Shown: positions 1-11,525, counted from the first letter of the stretch. The stretch is 64,000 nt of DNA from an uncultured Clostridia bacterium (GCA_947630455.1 CANRHP010000002.1:29544-93543), one strand, 5' to 3'. The notes: generated from the letters alone by a model not told the origin. Numbers and translations: made by a program.

Positions 1-407
1 GGCTGCTTGTAAAGCTCGCAGATGCACAAATCAATACTGCAAATATTTCACTTGTAAGCCGTTTCAAAAGAGCCGGTTTGGACGCCGAGCAGCTTGCTTT
101 TTGGCTTATTGAGGGCGGAAGTATCAAACCCAGCGTTCTCGTTGCTTTTTTTGAGGGTAAGCTGACAGAAAAAGATTTGCCCGAAGAGTATCGTAAACAA
201 ATAATCGGCGGAGATGCCGAGATGACTCTTGCTTCCATACGCAAAAAGCTGGTCGCCGACTATGCCGATCCGCTTACACTGCAGCCCGCGTTGCAATATT
301 TTTATGCCAAAGTGTCGGAAACAGAGTTGATACGCCGTATAGTTGCGGATGTTAAAAACGGTGTTGATAAAGAGAAAATAAAGGAAATGATAAACGCCAA
401 TGCCTAA
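1..407 (+). CDS. atpC: V-type ATP synthase subunit C, C-terminal part (open at left window edge)
   Basis: The frame is open from nt 3 to the stop at 405-407, so the ORF-track TTG at 78 is internal. The gene overlaps the subunit F gene by 8 nt, in the canonical V-ATPase order C-F-A-B-D. The call rests on position, not on a motif. Confidence 0.6.
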   Translation, partial: LLVKLADAQINTANISLVSRFKRAGLDAEQLAFWLIEGGSIKPSVLVAFFEGKLTEKDLPEEYRKQIIGGDAEMTLASIRKKLVADYADPLTLQPALQYFYAKVSETELIRRIVADVKNGVDKEKIKEMINANA

Positions 408-732
408 CAAACTTGCAGTAATCGGAGATAAAGACAGCGTGCTGGCCTTCAAAGCGGTCGGAGTGGAAGTTTTCGACGCCACAACAGCCGAACAGGCAGC
501 ATCGCAGCTAAAAAAACTGACCGCCGAGCGCTATGCAGTGGTATTCATTGCGGAATCGCTTGCCGAGCAAATTCCCGAATTGCTCGCAAAAGCAAAGCTG
601 CAAGCCTATCCTGCAGTAGTGCCTATCCCCACAGGCAGACAGCCCTCGGGTTTTGGTATGCAAGGTATCAAAAGCGACGTGGAAAAGGCAATAGGAGTAG
701 ACATATTATTCAACAAAGAGGACAAACAATGA
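400..732 (+). CDS. atpF: V-type ATP synthase subunit F
   Basis: 110 aa. The N-terminus '[22 protein letters not shown]' is typical of V/A-ATPase F subunits. Its stop overlaps the subunit A start (ATGA). Confidence 0.85.
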   Translation: MPNKLAVIGDKDSVLAFKAVGVEVFDATTAEQAASQLKKLTAERYAVVFIAESLAEQIPELLAKAKLQAYPAVVPIPTGRQPSGFGMQGIKSDVEKAIGVDILFNKEDKQ

Positions 733-2486
733 TTGGAAAAATAGTAAAAGTCAGCGGACCGCTGATCGTAGCTGACGGGCTTGCCGATGTGGAAATGTAC
801 GACGTGGTCAAGGTCTCGGACAAAAAACTCATCGGTGAGGTTATCGAGCTGAGGGACGACAAGGCAAGTATACAGGTCTACGAAGAAACCAGCGGACTCA
901 AGGTGGGCGACGAGGTAGAGTCGACAGGATCTCCGTTATCCGTTGAATTGGGTCCCGGTCTCATCGAAAGCATTTTTGACGGTATACAGCGTCCGCTGAA
1001 CATGCTGATGCAGGTATCGGGTAACCGTATTGCCCGCGGCGTAGAGGTCAACTCACTGGATCGCAATCGTAAATGGCATTTTGTGCCTGCCGTAAAACAA
1101 GGTGACAGCGTTGTTGCCGGCGATGTTTTGGGCACGGTGCAGGAAACAAGAGTTGTGCTGCACAAAATAATGGTACCTGTGGGCGTCGGCGGAGAGGTCG
1201 ATTTTATCGCAGAAGAAGGCGATTACTCTGTGGCTGAATTGATTGCTATTGTAGACGGCAAAGACCTTACTATGTTGCAGCGTTGGCCCGTTCGCAAGGG
1301 ACGCCCGTACAAATCCAAGATGGCGCCCGATTTGCCGATGGTGACGGGACAGCGCGTCATAGATACGCTTTTCCCCATCGCTAAGGGTGGTGTGGCGGCG
1401 GTACCGGGGCCGTTCGGCAGCGGAAAAACAGTCGTTCAGCACCAGTTGGCAAAGTGGGCAGACGCCGACATAATCGTCTACGTCGGCTGTGGAGAGCGCG
1501 GCAATGAAATGACGGACGTACTTCGCGAGTTTCCCGAGCTAAAGGATCCTCGTACCGGCGAACCGTTGATGAAGCGCACGGTGCTGATTGCAAATACCAG
1601 CGATATGCCCGTTGCGGCACGCGAAGCAAGCATTTACACAGGCATAACGATAGCGGAGTATTTTCGCGATATGGGTTACACTGTGGCAATCATGGCGGAC
1701 AGCACATCACGCTGGGCGGAGGCTTTGCGCGAAATGAGCGGACGTTTGGAGGAAATGCCCGGTGAAGAGGGTTATCCTGCTTATCTTGCAAGCCGTATAG
1801 CCGAGTTCTATGAGCGAGCAGGCATAGTGCGCGTTTTGGGAAGCGGCGACACAGTAGGGGCGATATCCGCAATCGGGGCAGTGTCTCCTCCCGGCGGCGA
1901 TCTTTCCGAACCGGTCAGTCAAGGTACGCTACGCATAGTCAAGGTGTTTTGGGGACTTTCCGCTCAGCTTGCTTATCGCAGACACTTCCCCGCGATAGAT
2001 TGGCTTACAAGCTATTCTCTGTACGACAGCTCTCTTTCCGATTGGTATGCAGAGCATGTCGCGGAAGATTTCAACAGTCTCAAAACGGAGCTTAGCTTTG
2101 TGCTGCAGGAGGAAAATCAACTAAATGAGATTGTCCGCCTTGTGGGTATGGATGCGTTGGGTGCCCGCGATCGACTAACTATGGAAACGGCGAAGTCCAT
2201 TCGCGAGGACTATTTGCACCAAAACGCATTTCATGAGGTGGACACCTATTCCTCTCTTGACAAACAATACCGAATGATGAAGCTGATCTTGGGGTACTAC
2301 CACGAGGCATTGGACGCTCTCGACAAAGGTGTGGAGCTCACCGATCTGCTGAATCTGCCCGTAAGAGAGCAAATCGGCCGCAGCAAGTACATAGAGGAAT
2401 CGGCTCTTTCGCGTTTTGACGAAATTCAGCGCAACATCAAAAAACAAATCAATTCTCTTGTAAGCGGAGGAGGCGCCAATGCTTAA
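729..2486 (+). CDS. atpA: V-type ATP synthase catalytic subunit A
   Basis: 585 aa. Walker A 'GPFGSGKT', '[13 protein letters not shown]' and '[12 protein letters not shown]' match the V/A-type A subunit. Confidence 0.97.
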   Translation: MIGKIVKVSGPLIVADGLADVEMYDVVKVSDKKLIGEVIELRDDKASIQVYEETSGLKVGDEVESTGSPLSVELGPGLIESIFDGIQRPLNMLMQVSGNRIARGVEVNSLDRNRKWHFVPAVKQGDSVVAGDVLGTVQETRVVLHKIMVPVGVGGEVDFIAEEGDYSVAELIAIVDGKDLTMLQRWPVRKGRPYKSKMAPDLPMVTGQRVIDTLFPIAKGGVAAVPGPFGSGKTVVQHQLAKWADADIIVYVGCGERGNEMTDVLREFPELKDPRTGEPLMKRTVLIANTSDMPVAAREASIYTGITIAEYFRDMGYTVAIMADSTSRWAEALREMSGRLEEMPGEEGYPAYLASRIAEFYERAGIVRVLGSGDTVGAISAIGAVSPPGGDLSEPVSQGTLRIVKVFWGLSAQLAYRRHFPAIDWLTSYSLYDSSLSDWYAEHVAEDFNSLKTELSFVLQEENQLNEIVRLVGMDALGARDRLTMETAKSIREDYLHQNAFHEVDTYSSLDKQYRMMKLILGYYHEALDALDKGVELTDLLNLPVREQIGRSKYIEESALSRFDEIQRNIKKQINSLVSGGGANA

Positions 2487-3861
2487 AGAATACAAAACCA
2501 TTCGCGAAGTGGTGGGCCCGCTTATGTTGGTGGACCATGTCAGCGGAGTCAGCTACAACGAGCTTGTCGAGATCAAGCAGGAAAACGGCGAAATTCGCAA
2601 GGGTAAAGTGCTTGAGGTCAGCGGTGACCGTGCGCTCGTTCAATTGTTCGAGGGTACTCAAGGACTAAAAATTTCCACGTCAAAAGCTCGTTTTTTGGGT
2701 AGAAGCTTGGAGCTTGCAGTAAGCGAGGATATGCTTGGACGGGTATTCAACGGAATGGGCGAGCCTATCGACGGCGGCGCCCCCGTAATTGCCGATGAAA
2801 GATTGGATATCAACGGTCAGCCCATCAATCCCTATGCGCGTGACTATCCAAATGAATTTATTCAAACGGGAATTTCCGCTATCGACGGATTGAATACCCT
2901 GGTACGCGGACAAAAATTGCCGGTATTTTCCGCAAGCGGACTGCCTCATGCACAGCTTGCGGCGCAGATTGCTCGTCAAGCGCGCGTTCTCGGCGATGAC
3001 GAGAAGTTTGCTGTAGTGTTCGGTGCAATAGGAATTACCTATGAGGAAGCGGACTTCTTTGTAAAAGACTTCAACAAGACGGGCGCAATAGAGCGTACCG
3101 TGATGTTTATCAATCTTGCCAACGACCCCGCAATCGAACGTATTTCCACTCCGCGTATGGCTTTGACAGCGGCAGAGTATCTTGCATTTGAAAAGGGCAT
3201 GCAGGTTTTGGTAATACTTACCGACATTACAAACTATGCCGAGGCACTGCGCGAAACTTCCGCGGCACGCAAGGAGGTGCCGGGGCGGCGCGGATATCCG
3301 GGATACATGTATACCGACCTTGCACAAATTTACGAACGCGCAGGGCGTATTCACGGCTGCAAAGGCAGTATAACTCAGATTCCAATTTTGTCCATGCCGG
3401 AGGATGACAAAACGCACCCCATCCCCGATCTGACGGGTTACATTACCGAGGGTCAAATCATTCTTTCCCGCGAGCTGTACAAGCGCGGTTACAACCCGCC
3501 GATAGATGTATTACCCAGCTTGTCCCGTTTGAAGGACAAGGGTATCGGTGTAGGCAAAACGCGTGAGGATCATGCCAGTACAATGAATCAGCTTTTTTCC
3601 GCTTATGCTCAGGGCAAAGAGGCAAAGGAGCTGTCTGCAATTTTGGGTGAAGCGGCATTGTCCGACATAGACAAGCTGTATGCAAAATTTGCCGCCGAAT
3701 TTGAAAAACGCTACATTTCTCAAGGATTTACCACTAACCGTACGATAGAGGAAACATTGGATCTCGGTTGGGAACTGCTCGGGATTTTGCCGCGCAGCGA
3801 GCTTAAACGTATTTCCGAAGAAATGCTGAACAAGTACTACAAACCGGAGCAAACGGAGTAA
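2479..3861 (+). CDS. atpB: V-type ATP synthase subunit B
   Basis: 460 aa. '[14 protein letters not shown]', '[11 protein letters not shown]' and '[13 protein letters not shown]' match the non-catalytic B subunit. It overlaps atpA by 8 nt. Confidence 0.97.
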   Translation: MLKEYKTIREVVGPLMLVDHVSGVSYNELVEIKQENGEIRKGKVLEVSGDRALVQLFEGTQGLKISTSKARFLGRSLELAVSEDMLGRVFNGMGEPIDGGAPVIADERLDINGQPINPYARDYPNEFIQTGISAIDGLNTLVRGQKLPVFSASGLPHAQLAAQIARQARVLGDDEKFAVVFGAIGITYEEADFFVKDFNKTGAIERTVMFINLANDPAIERISTPRMALTAAEYLAFEKGMQVLVILTDITNYAEALRETSAARKEVPGRRGYPGYMYTDLAQIYERAGRIHGCKGSITQIPILSMPEDDKTHPIPDLTGYITEGQIILSRELYKRGYNPPIDVLPSLSRLKDKGIGVGKTREDHASTMNQLFSAYAQGKEAKELSAILGEAALSDIDKLYAKFAAEFEKRYISQGFTTNRTIEETLDLGWELLGILPRSELKRISEEMLNKYYKPEQTE

Positions 3862-3864
3862 CAC

Positions 3865-4488
3865 ATGGCAGTAATGAATGTCAACCCCACCCGTATGGAA
3901 ATGAAACGCCTTCAGGGACGTCTCAAAACCGCAACTCGTGGGCACAAACTACTAAAAGACAAGACGGATGAGATGATTCGTCGCTTCATCGATCTTGCCG
4001 AGCAAAACAAACGTTTGCGTGAGCAAACCGAGCAGGAGCTTTGTTCCGCTCTTAACGCTTTTGCCGAAGCCCGCGCTGTTACCGACGCCCGTGTGGTGGA
4101 CGAAGCGATTCTCATGCCGTCGCGCAAGGTAGAGCTTGTTTGTTCAAAGCGCAAGGTGATGGGGATTGATGTTCCGTCTATGCAAATCAACGACAGCGGA
4201 GGCGAGCTGTACCCGTATAGTTTTCTCACAGTCACCGCAAAGTTGGATGACAGTCTCCGCGGCTTGAACAATGTGCTGTTGCGGCTTGTGGAGCTTGCCG
4301 AAACGGAGAAAACATGCAATATGCTTGCAGAGGAAATCGAAAAAAACAAACGTCGCGTCAACGCATTGGAAAATATCATGATACCGCAGCTTACCGAAAC
4401 AATTCGTTATATAAAAATGAAGCTGGATGAAAGCGAACGTGCGGCAACAGTGCGTTTGATGAAAGTAAAAGATATCATCGGCAAATAA
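3865..4488 (+). CDS. atpD: V-type ATP synthase subunit D
   Basis: 207 aa. The N-terminus 'NVNPTRMEMKRLQGRLKTATRGHKLLKDK' is the conserved subunit D start, and the rest has coiled-coil composition. Confidence 0.93.
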   Translation: MAVMNVNPTRMEMKRLQGRLKTATRGHKLLKDKTDEMIRRFIDLAEQNKRLREQTEQELCSALNAFAEARAVTDARVVDEAILMPSRKVELVCSKRKVMGIDVPSMQINDSGGELYPYSFLTVTAKLDDSLRGLNNVLLRLVELAETEKTCNMLAEEIEKNKRRVNALENIMIPQLTETIRYIKMKLDESERAATVRLMKVKDIIGK

Positions 4489-4595
4489 ACAATCTGCGCG
4501 AATTTTGTTTTCAAAGCTATATCCTGTCAATTAGAACGTCAGTAAGGATAAAGTACAAAAGCTGGCATATACGTCGTACCACGATTCGTCGCTAA

Positions 4596-4627
4596 CCCAT
4601 CGAGTAAATTATCGGTGGGCTTTTTTA
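4596..4627 (+). terminator. Rho-independent terminator of the V-ATPase operon
   Basis: Hairpin 'cccatcg'(4596-4602)/'cggtggg'(4613-4619) is followed by 'cttttttac'. Confidence 0.6.
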
Positions 4628-4907
4628 CAACCGTTAATTTTTTCGGACGGCAAAAGTGACCAAACGCTTTTGACCGCAAGTTCAAGGTCGTTGTAATTCA
4701 TTTATTCGGCTCCTTCTGTTGAAAATATTTGATATATGCAAAAAATATGCTCGAAAATGAATCTTATTTTAGGGGATTTTTGTGTTTTTGTTTGTATTTA
4801 GTAATAGGAAAATTTCGAAATATGCGAATTTTAAAGGAAAATCTTTATTATTTTGCATAAATGCGCAGTTGCAAATAGTCGATTGGCGCGTTCTTTGAGG
4901 CAAACAA

Positions 4908-6674
4908 ATGGCAGATTGGTCGGATTTCATTCAACAAATCAAGAGAAACAACGACATAGTGGATGTTATCGGCAGTTATCTCGAACTTAGACGCACCGGC
5001 GCAAACTTTATGGCGCGCTGTCCTTTTCACGGTGAAAAAACGCCCAGCTTCAACGTAAATCGCAATCTGCAAATTTACAAGTGCTTCGGCTGCGGCGAAA
5101 GCGGCGATGTTATCAAGTTTGTTGAAAAGTACGAGTCCTGCAGTTTTGTCGAGGCGTGCGAGATCCTCGCCAAGCGCGCCGGTATACCAATGCCCGAAAC
5201 CTCGACGACACGTGATGAAAAGGAGTACAAGGAACGCAAGGCAAAAAAGGACGCTTATTTTGCAATATGCAAGGACGCGGCAAAATTTTACTGGAGTATA
5301 TATCGCAGCGAAAAGGGCGCTGTAGCCCGCAGCTATATGCAGGGGCGAGGCTTTGATGACGTCACCGTCAACAAGTTCGGCATAGGCTACTCCCCCGACA
5401 ACTTTTCGTTGCCGAGCTACCTTAGATCATTGGGATATAATATGCAGGACTGCGTTAAGTGCGGCGTTTTGCAGATCGGTCAACGCGGTTTCACAGACGC
5501 ATTGAGCGGCAGACTGATAGTGCCTATCTTCAATATGCAGGGACAGGTTATAGCTTTTGGCGGCAGAGGCTTGGACGAGTACACTATAGCGCGCGGCAAA
5601 TACAAAAACACTGCCGAAACGCCCATTTTTGTCAAGAAGGATAGTCTATTTGCCATCAATATCGCCAAGGAGCAAAAGCAACAAACAGCTTTGCCTTATT
5701 TGGTGGTGGTAGAGGGATATATGGATGTAATTGCCATGTATCAGGCGGGTTTCAAGGGCGCCGTTGCCAGCATGGGGACGTCGTTGACGGAACAGCAGGC
5801 AAAATGGCTGTCACGTCTTTCCGACACAGTGTACATCTGCTACGACGGCGATTCTGCGGGACAAAAAGCCACTGTGCGCGGTTTGGATATTTTGGATCGT
5901 GCCGGGCTCGAGGTTCGCGTAATGACCGTGCCCGAAAAACTGGATCCCGACGAGTACATAAAAAAATACGGCGCGGAAGCTTTTGTTGGGCTTATTGACG
6001 ACGCATTGCCGTTGCCCGATTACAAGCTTCGACTTTTGGAAAGAGCTTTTCCCATCAACAGCAGCGATCCCGCTCAACGAAACAACGCATTGCCAAAGTA
6101 TGTAAAGGGGGCAATTACGATGCTCAAAAGTCTTGACGATGTTCGTCAGGCGCGCTACATTACCGCAGTTTCGCTTACAACAGGGTACAGCGAGGACTAT
6201 TTCCGCCGCAAGCTGAATGAGGATGGTGCGGAAACGCAGGAAATTATTGCAGACAATATGTCCTCCGAGGATAAGGCAAAGTATTTTGTCGCGGCTTGTG
6301 TGCTGCATGGAGAGGATTACGCGTCGGTGGAGGACAAGCCATTGTGCAACACGGCATTTTTGTCCGATTTGTACGACTATTTGCTGGATTGCAAGTCTAA
6401 AGGCACAAAACCCTCCGTTGACATGCTTTATACGGTTTGTCCCAATGCAATCGAGCAGCAGTATGCGGAAATAATAGACGTAGATTTTTCAAAAGCAAAG
6501 TACGATGTCAACAAGCGTTATTTTGAAGAATGTAAGAGACTTATTACTGTGGAAAAATTGAAGTTGCGTCGAGAAGAGCTGATGAAGAAAATAAAAAACG
6601 ATCCCGGCAACGGCAAGCTGCTTGATGAACTTACCGCGTTGAGCAAAAAAATCACCGACATCAGATATGATTAG
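4908..6674 (+). CDS. dnaG: DNA primase DnaG
   Basis: 588 aa. Zinc ribbon '[13 protein letters not shown]...[11 protein letters not shown]', and TOPRIM motifs 'VVVEGYMDV' and '[12 protein letters not shown]'. Confidence 0.97.
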   Translation: MADWSDFIQQIKRNNDIVDVIGSYLELRRTGANFMARCPFHGEKTPSFNVNRNLQIYKCFGCGESGDVIKFVEKYESCSFVEACEILAKRAGIPMPETSTTRDEKEYKERKAKKDAYFAICKDAAKFYWSIYRSEKGAVARSYMQGRGFDDVTVNKFGIGYSPDNFSLPSYLRSLGYNMQDCVKCGVLQIGQRGFTDALSGRLIVPIFNMQGQVIAFGGRGLDEYTIARGKYKNTAETPIFVKKDSLFAINIAKEQKQQTALPYLVVVEGYMDVIAMYQAGFKGAVASMGTSLTEQQAKWLSRLSDTVYICYDGDSAGQKATVRGLDILDRAGLEVRVMTVPEKLDPDEYIKKYGAEAFVGLIDDALPLPDYKLRLLERAFPINSSDPAQRNNALPKYVKGAITMLKSLDDVRQARYITAVSLTTGYSEDYFRRKLNEDGAETQEIIADNMSSEDKAKYFVAACVLHGEDYASVEDKPLCNTAFLSDLYDYLLDCKSKGTKPSVDMLYTVCPNAIEQQYAEIIDVDFSKAKYDVNKRYFEECKRLITVEKLKLRREELMKKIKNDPGNGKLLDELTALSKKITDIRYD

Positions 6675-6682
6675 GAGGAAAT

Positions 6683-7732
6683 ATGGAAATTACACAAAAA
6701 TACCTTCAGGATTTGTTGGAGGATGTAAAAAGCGGAGGCGTGACCAAGATATCCTATGAAGATTTGGAATCACGTTTTGAGAAAACAGATCTGACCCCCG
6801 AGCAAAATGCCGAAATTTACCGATATCTGGAACAAAACGGAATCAAAATCGTAGACACCTTCGACAAGGATAACACCGCCCTATATCGAAACATCGGTGA
6901 CGTTGCGGTGGATGATCCCGTCAAGATGTATCTCAAGGATATAGGTAAAGTACCTCTTTTGTCCAGCGAGGAAGAGGCGGAGCTTGCCAAGCGTATGCTG
7001 GAGGGGGACGAGGAAGCAAAGCAAAAGCTCAGTGAAGCCAATTTGCGCTTAGTCGTGTCCATCGCAAAACGTTATGTGGGGCGCGGAATGTTGTTTCTCG
7101 ACCTCATTCAGGAAGGGAATTTGGGACTTATGAAGGCGGTAGAAAAATTCGACTACACCAAGGGCTTCAAATTCAGTACATATGCTACCTGGTGGATCAG
7201 GCAGGCCATTACGCGCGCTATCGCCGACCAAGCGCGTACTATTCGTATTCCCGTGCATATGGTTGAAACCATCAATCGTCAGGTGCGCGCGCAGCGCGCT
7301 CTGCTGCAGGAGTATGGACGTGAGCCCACTCCGCAGGAAATTGCCGATTACATGGGTATTTCGGTAGACAAGGTGGTGGAAATTCAAAAGATCGCGCAGG
7401 ATCCCGTCAGCTTGGAAACGCCTATAGGCGAAGAAGAGGACAGTCATCTCGTGGATTTCATCGAAGACACAAAGGCCGCTCCTCCAAGCGACGTCGCCGC
7501 TCAGGCGATGCTGAGAGAACAGCTTATTCAGGCGTTGCACAAGCTTACTCCGCGAGAGGAAAAGGTTATCCGCCTCAGATACGGTTTGGACGACGGAAAG
7601 CAGCGCACGCTGGAAGAGGTGGGCAAGGAATTTAACGTTACGCGTGAACGTATTCGTCAAATTGAAGCCAAGGCTCTCCGCAAGCTTCGCAATCCTACCA
7701 AGTCCAAGAAGCTCCGCGACTATCTCGACTGA
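6683..7732 (+). CDS. rpoD: Primary RNA polymerase sigma factor (SigA/RpoD)
   Basis: 349 aa. Region 2 '[27 protein letters not shown]' and region 4.2 '[28 protein letters not shown]'. An AGGAGG RBS precedes it, and it follows dnaG as in the classical MMS operon. Confidence 0.97.
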   Translation: MEITQKYLQDLLEDVKSGGVTKISYEDLESRFEKTDLTPEQNAEIYRYLEQNGIKIVDTFDKDNTALYRNIGDVAVDDPVKMYLKDIGKVPLLSSEEEAELAKRMLEGDEEAKQKLSEANLRLVVSIAKRYVGRGMLFLDLIQEGNLGLMKAVEKFDYTKGFKFSTYATWWIRQAITRAIADQARTIRIPVHMVETINRQVRAQRALLQEYGREPTPQEIADYMGISVDKVVEIQKIAQDPVSLETPIGEEEDSHLVDFIEDTKAAPPSDVAAQAMLREQLIQALHKLTPREEKVIRLRYGLDDGKQRTLEEVGKEFNVTRERIRQIEAKALRKLRNPTKSKKLRDYLD

Positions 7733-8376
7733 TGAGCAAGAGGTTGGACAAGCTGTCCGCACTCATACCGCAATGCCGGGTACTTGCAGATGTGGGTTGC
7801 GATCACGGATATGTGGGGATAGAAGCGTTGCGTACAGGCAAGGCGCGGCAAGTAGTGTTTGTGGATGTCTCTCCCTTGAGTCTCGACAAGGCCCGTGCCA
7901 ATTGTCCGCATGAGCTTATTGACAGCGTTAGGTTTGTTTGTCGGGACGGTCTCGGCGAATTGAACTCCGACTGTGCGGTAATTGCCGGAATGGGAGGGCT
8001 TGAGATCGTTTCGATACTTACAAAAGCGAAATTTCCTCCCCCGTGTCTTATATTACAGCCTAACCGCAATGCGCGCGAGGTACGCAATTATCTATGCGGG
8101 CAGTACGACGTCATATATGACGGTATGATATACGACGGCGGAATATTTTACAATATGATTTTTGCCGAACGCAGTGAAAAACCGCAAGCTCTCTCCAATT
8201 TGGAATTGGAGTTCGGCAAAACAAATCTCGCAAGTCCCACGCGGGACTTTAAGCTGTTTTTGCTAAAAGAACAGGCAAAATTTTCAAAAATACTTAATGA
8301 CTGCAGCGATCCCAAGATCGTTGAAAAACTTAGTCTTGTGGAACAGGCGCTGTCGGTCGTAGGAGGACAACAATGA
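7732..8376 (+). CDS. trmK: tRNA (adenine22-N1)-methyltransferase TrmK-like SAM methyltransferase
   Basis: 214 aa. 'LADVGCDHGYVGIEAL' is the SAM-binding start typical of TrmK/YqfN. It sits downstream of sigA as in Bacillus. Its start overlaps the sigA stop (TGATG). Confidence 0.75.
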   Translation: MSKRLDKLSALIPQCRVLADVGCDHGYVGIEALRTGKARQVVFVDVSPLSLDKARANCPHELIDSVRFVCRDGLGELNSDCAVIAGMGGLEIVSILTKAKFPPPCLILQPNRNAREVRNYLCGQYDVIYDGMIYDGGIFYNMIFAERSEKPQALSNLELEFGKTNLASPTRDFKLFLLKEQAKFSKILNDCSDPKIVEKLSLVEQALSVVGGQQ

Positions 8377-9080
8377 TACAACAGGAAATGCTAACTTATC
8401 AGCAATTGGACGGTGAACTCAATCGTATTGAGCGCGAACTGCGTAAAAATGAAAATTTTATCAAACGCCGTCAGTACAAGGCTGCAAGTCAGGATTGCGA
8501 AGAGACAATTGCCCGTCTTGATGCACGCGCCGCCGATCTCAAAACTCAGTTGGCGCAGGCGCAGCAAACCGTACAAAAGATCACAGAGGTCATTGAAGAG
8601 CATTCCAGGGAGATCGGAACTCTCGAGGATGTTGATGAGCTCAACTATATGAACAAAAAGCTAAATGAACAGCTAAACGAGCTCAGCGCGGTGGAAAAGG
8701 AAATCAAACGCATAGTGCGTGAGGGTGAAGATATTGCCCAATCCTTTGACGAAGCAAGCTCCAAGCTGCCTCGTTTGGTTGCAGGCTATCGCAAATGTGA
8801 CGAGGAATTTAACAAAGCCGCAGCAGAAGTCAAGCCGCGCGTCGCGGAAATACGCGCACGTCAGGCAGAATTGAAAAAGGTAATAGACGAAAATATCTTC
8901 AATGTTTACAAAAAGGTCTCCGACGGGGGATTGTATCCGGTTTTTGTTCCTCTCGAGGAGGGCACTCGCTGCGGCGGTTGTCGTATGGAAATGCCCAAAG
9001 CGGCAGTAGACGCACAGTTCGCAGGCAAATCATATATGCGTTGTGAGCATTGCGGGCGCATTATTTTCAAAAACGATTAG
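8373..9080 (+). CDS. Coiled-coil protein with C-terminal C4 zinc ribbon (COG1579-like)
   Basis: 235 aa. A long coiled-coil region is followed by 'CGGCRMEMP...MRCEHCGRI'. An AGGAGG RBS precedes it. Confidence 0.75.
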   Translation: MIQQEMLTYQQLDGELNRIERELRKNENFIKRRQYKAASQDCEETIARLDARAADLKTQLAQAQQTVQKITEVIEEHSREIGTLEDVDELNYMNKKLNEQLNELSAVEKEIKRIVREGEDIAQSFDEASSKLPRLVAGYRKCDEEFNKAAAEVKPRVAEIRARQAELKKVIDENIFNVYKKVSDGGLYPVFVPLEEGTRCGGCRMEMPKAAVDAQFAGKSYMRCEHCGRIIFKND

Positions 9081-9112
9081 TCGATTGCAACATTCTTACA
9101 TATATCTTACTT

Positions 9113-9146
9113 AAAAACGACTCTGAAATCAAGCAGAGTCGTTTTT
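9113..9146. terminator. Bidirectional rho-independent terminator
   Basis: A perfect 13-bp stem 'aaaaacgactctg'/'cagagtcgttttt' has an A-run on one side and a T-run on the other. It lies between convergent genes. Confidence 0.8.
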
Positions 9147-9279
9147 GCATTTTCACCGAACTGAAAATTGTGTGCTATCGGTTTTTTAATTTGGTTTCTA
9201 TGCAAATATTGGGGTGCAGAAGAAACAATCTTAATACAGTTTTCTACAGATGTATCACAACAATTGGCGTGGAACCGTT

Positions 9280-11250
9280 TTATTTGCGCGGTAGGCTTAC
9301 CTTTACGCACAAAGGAGTATCTGCGCTGCTTGCGCCGATGTATATTTCATATTCGCCGCCTTCCACCAAACGTTTGTCTGTTGCTGCGGAGTAGTAGGAA
9401 AAAGCGCTCATAGGCAGCAGTGTACTGACGGCAACTTTTTTGTGAGCGGGTATTGTTTTCCGTTCCCATCCGCCCAATTCCATAAAGGGACGGAAAACAC
9501 GAGGATTGACTTCATGTACATACAGCTGGGCTATTTCCGTGCCGTCAATGTCCGAATTGTTTTCTATTTCAAAGGTTACTGCGACTCCGTCTGCCGATAC
9601 ATTTGCCTTGGCGTTGGAGTAGGTAAAGGAAGAATAGCTCAAGCCGTAACCGAAAGGAAATCTTGGAAGTGGGAGCGCGTTTTTTAAGCCCTTATGCGCG
9701 GCTGTCGTATGATAGCGGTAACCTACAAGCAAACCGTCACTGTAAACGCTCACGGTGCTGTCACTGTAGCAGCTGCAAGCGGGATAATCAAATTCGGTAA
9801 ACGGAAAAGTCTCCGTTAGCTTGCCGCTTGGGTTCACCTTTCCTGTCAGCACGTCTGCCACGGCAAGATTTCCCATTTCTCCGGGATAACCCGCCCACAC
9901 AACGGCGGCTACGTCCTCTATCCATTCGGACATATCCACCGGCGCCCCGCAATACAGCACAACAACGGTATTGGGATTTTTTTGCGCGGTTTCCTTTATT
10001 ATCTGCTCCTGTGACTGCGGCAATCTCGCCGTCGCTCTGTCAAATCCTTCACAGTCGTGTAAGCCTACACAAACTATCGCCGCGTCTTTGCCGTACGCAT
10101 TTTCTATTTGCAGCAGCGGCGCTTCGGATACACCGTATTCCCACAAATCACGGTAGCTCACATGACCTTGAGGCAATATGTCTGTCAGCGCCTTGAGCAG
10201 CGTGACGGGAGGTTGACTCGGCACAACCGATGATGATCCGCCGCCGTTTATATAGTTGTTTGCAAAGTTGCCGCCCAAACTTATGCTTGCAGTGGATTTC
10301 AGCGGCAAAACTCCGTTGTTTTTAAGCAAAACGATGCCCTCTTCCTCTACTTGGCGCGCAATTGCACGACGATCTTCGACGGTCATTGTCACCTTGCGGA
10401 CTTCTTTTGCTTTTTGACATTTTTCAACAAATTCTACGACCCGTTCGGCACATTCGTCAATTTGTTCGTCGGATAATTCTCCTTGTTCGTATGCCGTTTC
10501 AAGCTGCGTTTCGCATTTGTCCGAGTAGGGCATGATCAGATCCAGACCGGCGCGTACCGCGGCTGCGGCGTCCGTTACCGCGCCCCAGTCGGACATGATG
10601 AGTCCGTTGTCGAAGTGCAGCTCTTTTCTCAACAGAGTAAACAGCTTTTTGTGCTGCGCCATGCGCACACCGTTTACTACATTGTAGGAACACATAACTG
10701 CCATCGGTTTAGCTTCACAAGCTATTTCAAAGGCTCTCAGGTAGATTTCGCGGAGAGTTCTGTCGTCCACTTCGGCGCTCAGCCACATGCGGCTGTTTTC
10801 CGCGTTGTTGCAGCAGTAGTGCTTCAATGTAGCGCCGACGCAGTTGTCCTGCAATCCGAGCACGTATTGTTTGCCGAGAGTTCCGGCAACAAGCGGATCC
10901 TCCGAAAGATATTCGAAGCTTCTGCCGCAGTGAGGGCTGCGCTTGATATTAAGCCCGGGAGCAAGCAATACGTCCACGTTTTTGTCTATTGCGTCATTTG
11001 CAAGCGCACAGCCCAAACGATAAGTGAGATCTCTATCCCAACTTTGACTTACTATTTGCATTGACGGATAGGCGACAGAAGGTTGATCCTCAAAGTGATC
11101 TCCCTTTAGTGTTGGGGTACGCAGCCCCAAAGGACCGTCGGATACAGTCACGCTGTACAGTTGTCCGTCAAGGTCCTCTGTATGCCAGCAATCTTTGCCC
11201 ATCAGCAGCTTCAGTTTTTGATTATAGCTCAATTTGTCAAGCACTTTCAT
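9280..11250 (-). CDS. GH3 family beta-glucosidase
   Basis: 656 aa. GH3 motifs 'LAPGLNIKRSPHCGRSFEYLSEDP', 'KHYCCNN' and the nucleophile region 'GLIMSDWGAV'. The C-terminus is FnIII-like ('FPFGYGLSYSSF'). No signal peptide. Confidence 0.9.
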   Translation of the reverse strand: MKVLDKLSYNQKLKLLMGKDCWHTEDLDGQLYSVTVSDGPLGLRTPTLKGDHFEDQPSVAYPSMQIVSQSWDRDLTYRLGCALANDAIDKNVDVLLAPGLNIKRSPHCGRSFEYLSEDPLVAGTLGKQYVLGLQDNCVGATLKHYCCNNAENSRMWLSAEVDDRTLREIYLRAFEIACEAKPMAVMCSYNVVNGVRMAQHKKLFTLLRKELHFDNGLIMSDWGAVTDAAAAVRAGLDLIMPYSDKCETQLETAYEQGELSDEQIDECAERVVEFVEKCQKAKEVRKVTMTVEDRRAIARQVEEEGIVLLKNNGVLPLKSTASISLGGNFANNYINGGGSSSVVPSQPPVTLLKALTDILPQGHVSYRDLWEYGVSEAPLLQIENAYGKDAAIVCVGLHDCEGFDRATARLPQSQEQIIKETAQKNPNTVVVLYCGAPVDMSEWIEDVAAVVWAGYPGEMGNLAVADVLTGKVNPSGKLTETFPFTEFDYPACSCYSDSTVSVYSDGLLVGYRYHTTAAHKGLKNALPLPRFPFGYGLSYSSFTYSNAKANVSADGVAVTFEIENNSDIDGTEIAQLYVHEVNPRVFRPFMELGGWERKTIPAHKKVAVSTLLPMSAFSYYSAATDKRLVEGGEYEIYIGASSADTPLCVKVSLPRK

Positions 11251-11295
11251 TTTTTATCTCCAGAATATTGTTTTTGATATTGAAATATAGCAGTC

Positions 11296-11322
11296 GTGCG
11301 GCCCGCCGAACGTTTGGGCGAA
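11296..11322. repeat. Direct repeat copy 1 ('gtgcGgcccgccgaacgtttgggcgaa')
   Basis: A 27-nt direct repeat (26/27 identical) with its second copy at 11497-11523. It contains the near-palindrome CCGAACGTTTGG. Confidence 0.9.
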
Positions 11323-11496
11323 ATGCAAATAATTTCCGCAAAGCTCGGGCGTGTACCGATCTTTGCAACCTTGCGGGGGTTGCCGGGGTTGGCTGCTCCC
11401 CGGCGAAGTTCAATCCGATAAGCCAATGTGTCATTGGCTTCCTTGATAGCTCGCCTTCGGCGGCACTTTGTGCCCGCAGGGGCGGCACACGTAGCC

Positions 11497-11523
11497 GTGC
11501 AGCCCGCCGAACGTTTGGGCGAA
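11497..11523. repeat. Direct repeat copy 2 ('gtgcAgcccgccgaacgtttgggcgaa')
   Basis: Second copy. It lies 3 nt from the LacI stop codon. Confidence 0.9.
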
Positions 11524-11525
11524 CC

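Noticed and set aside
9050-9413. Short plus-strand ORFs (114 aa, 81 aa) between the zinc-ribbon gene and the GH3 3' end
   Set aside because: They span a bidirectional terminator and the antisense of the GH3 C-terminus. They show no coding signal.
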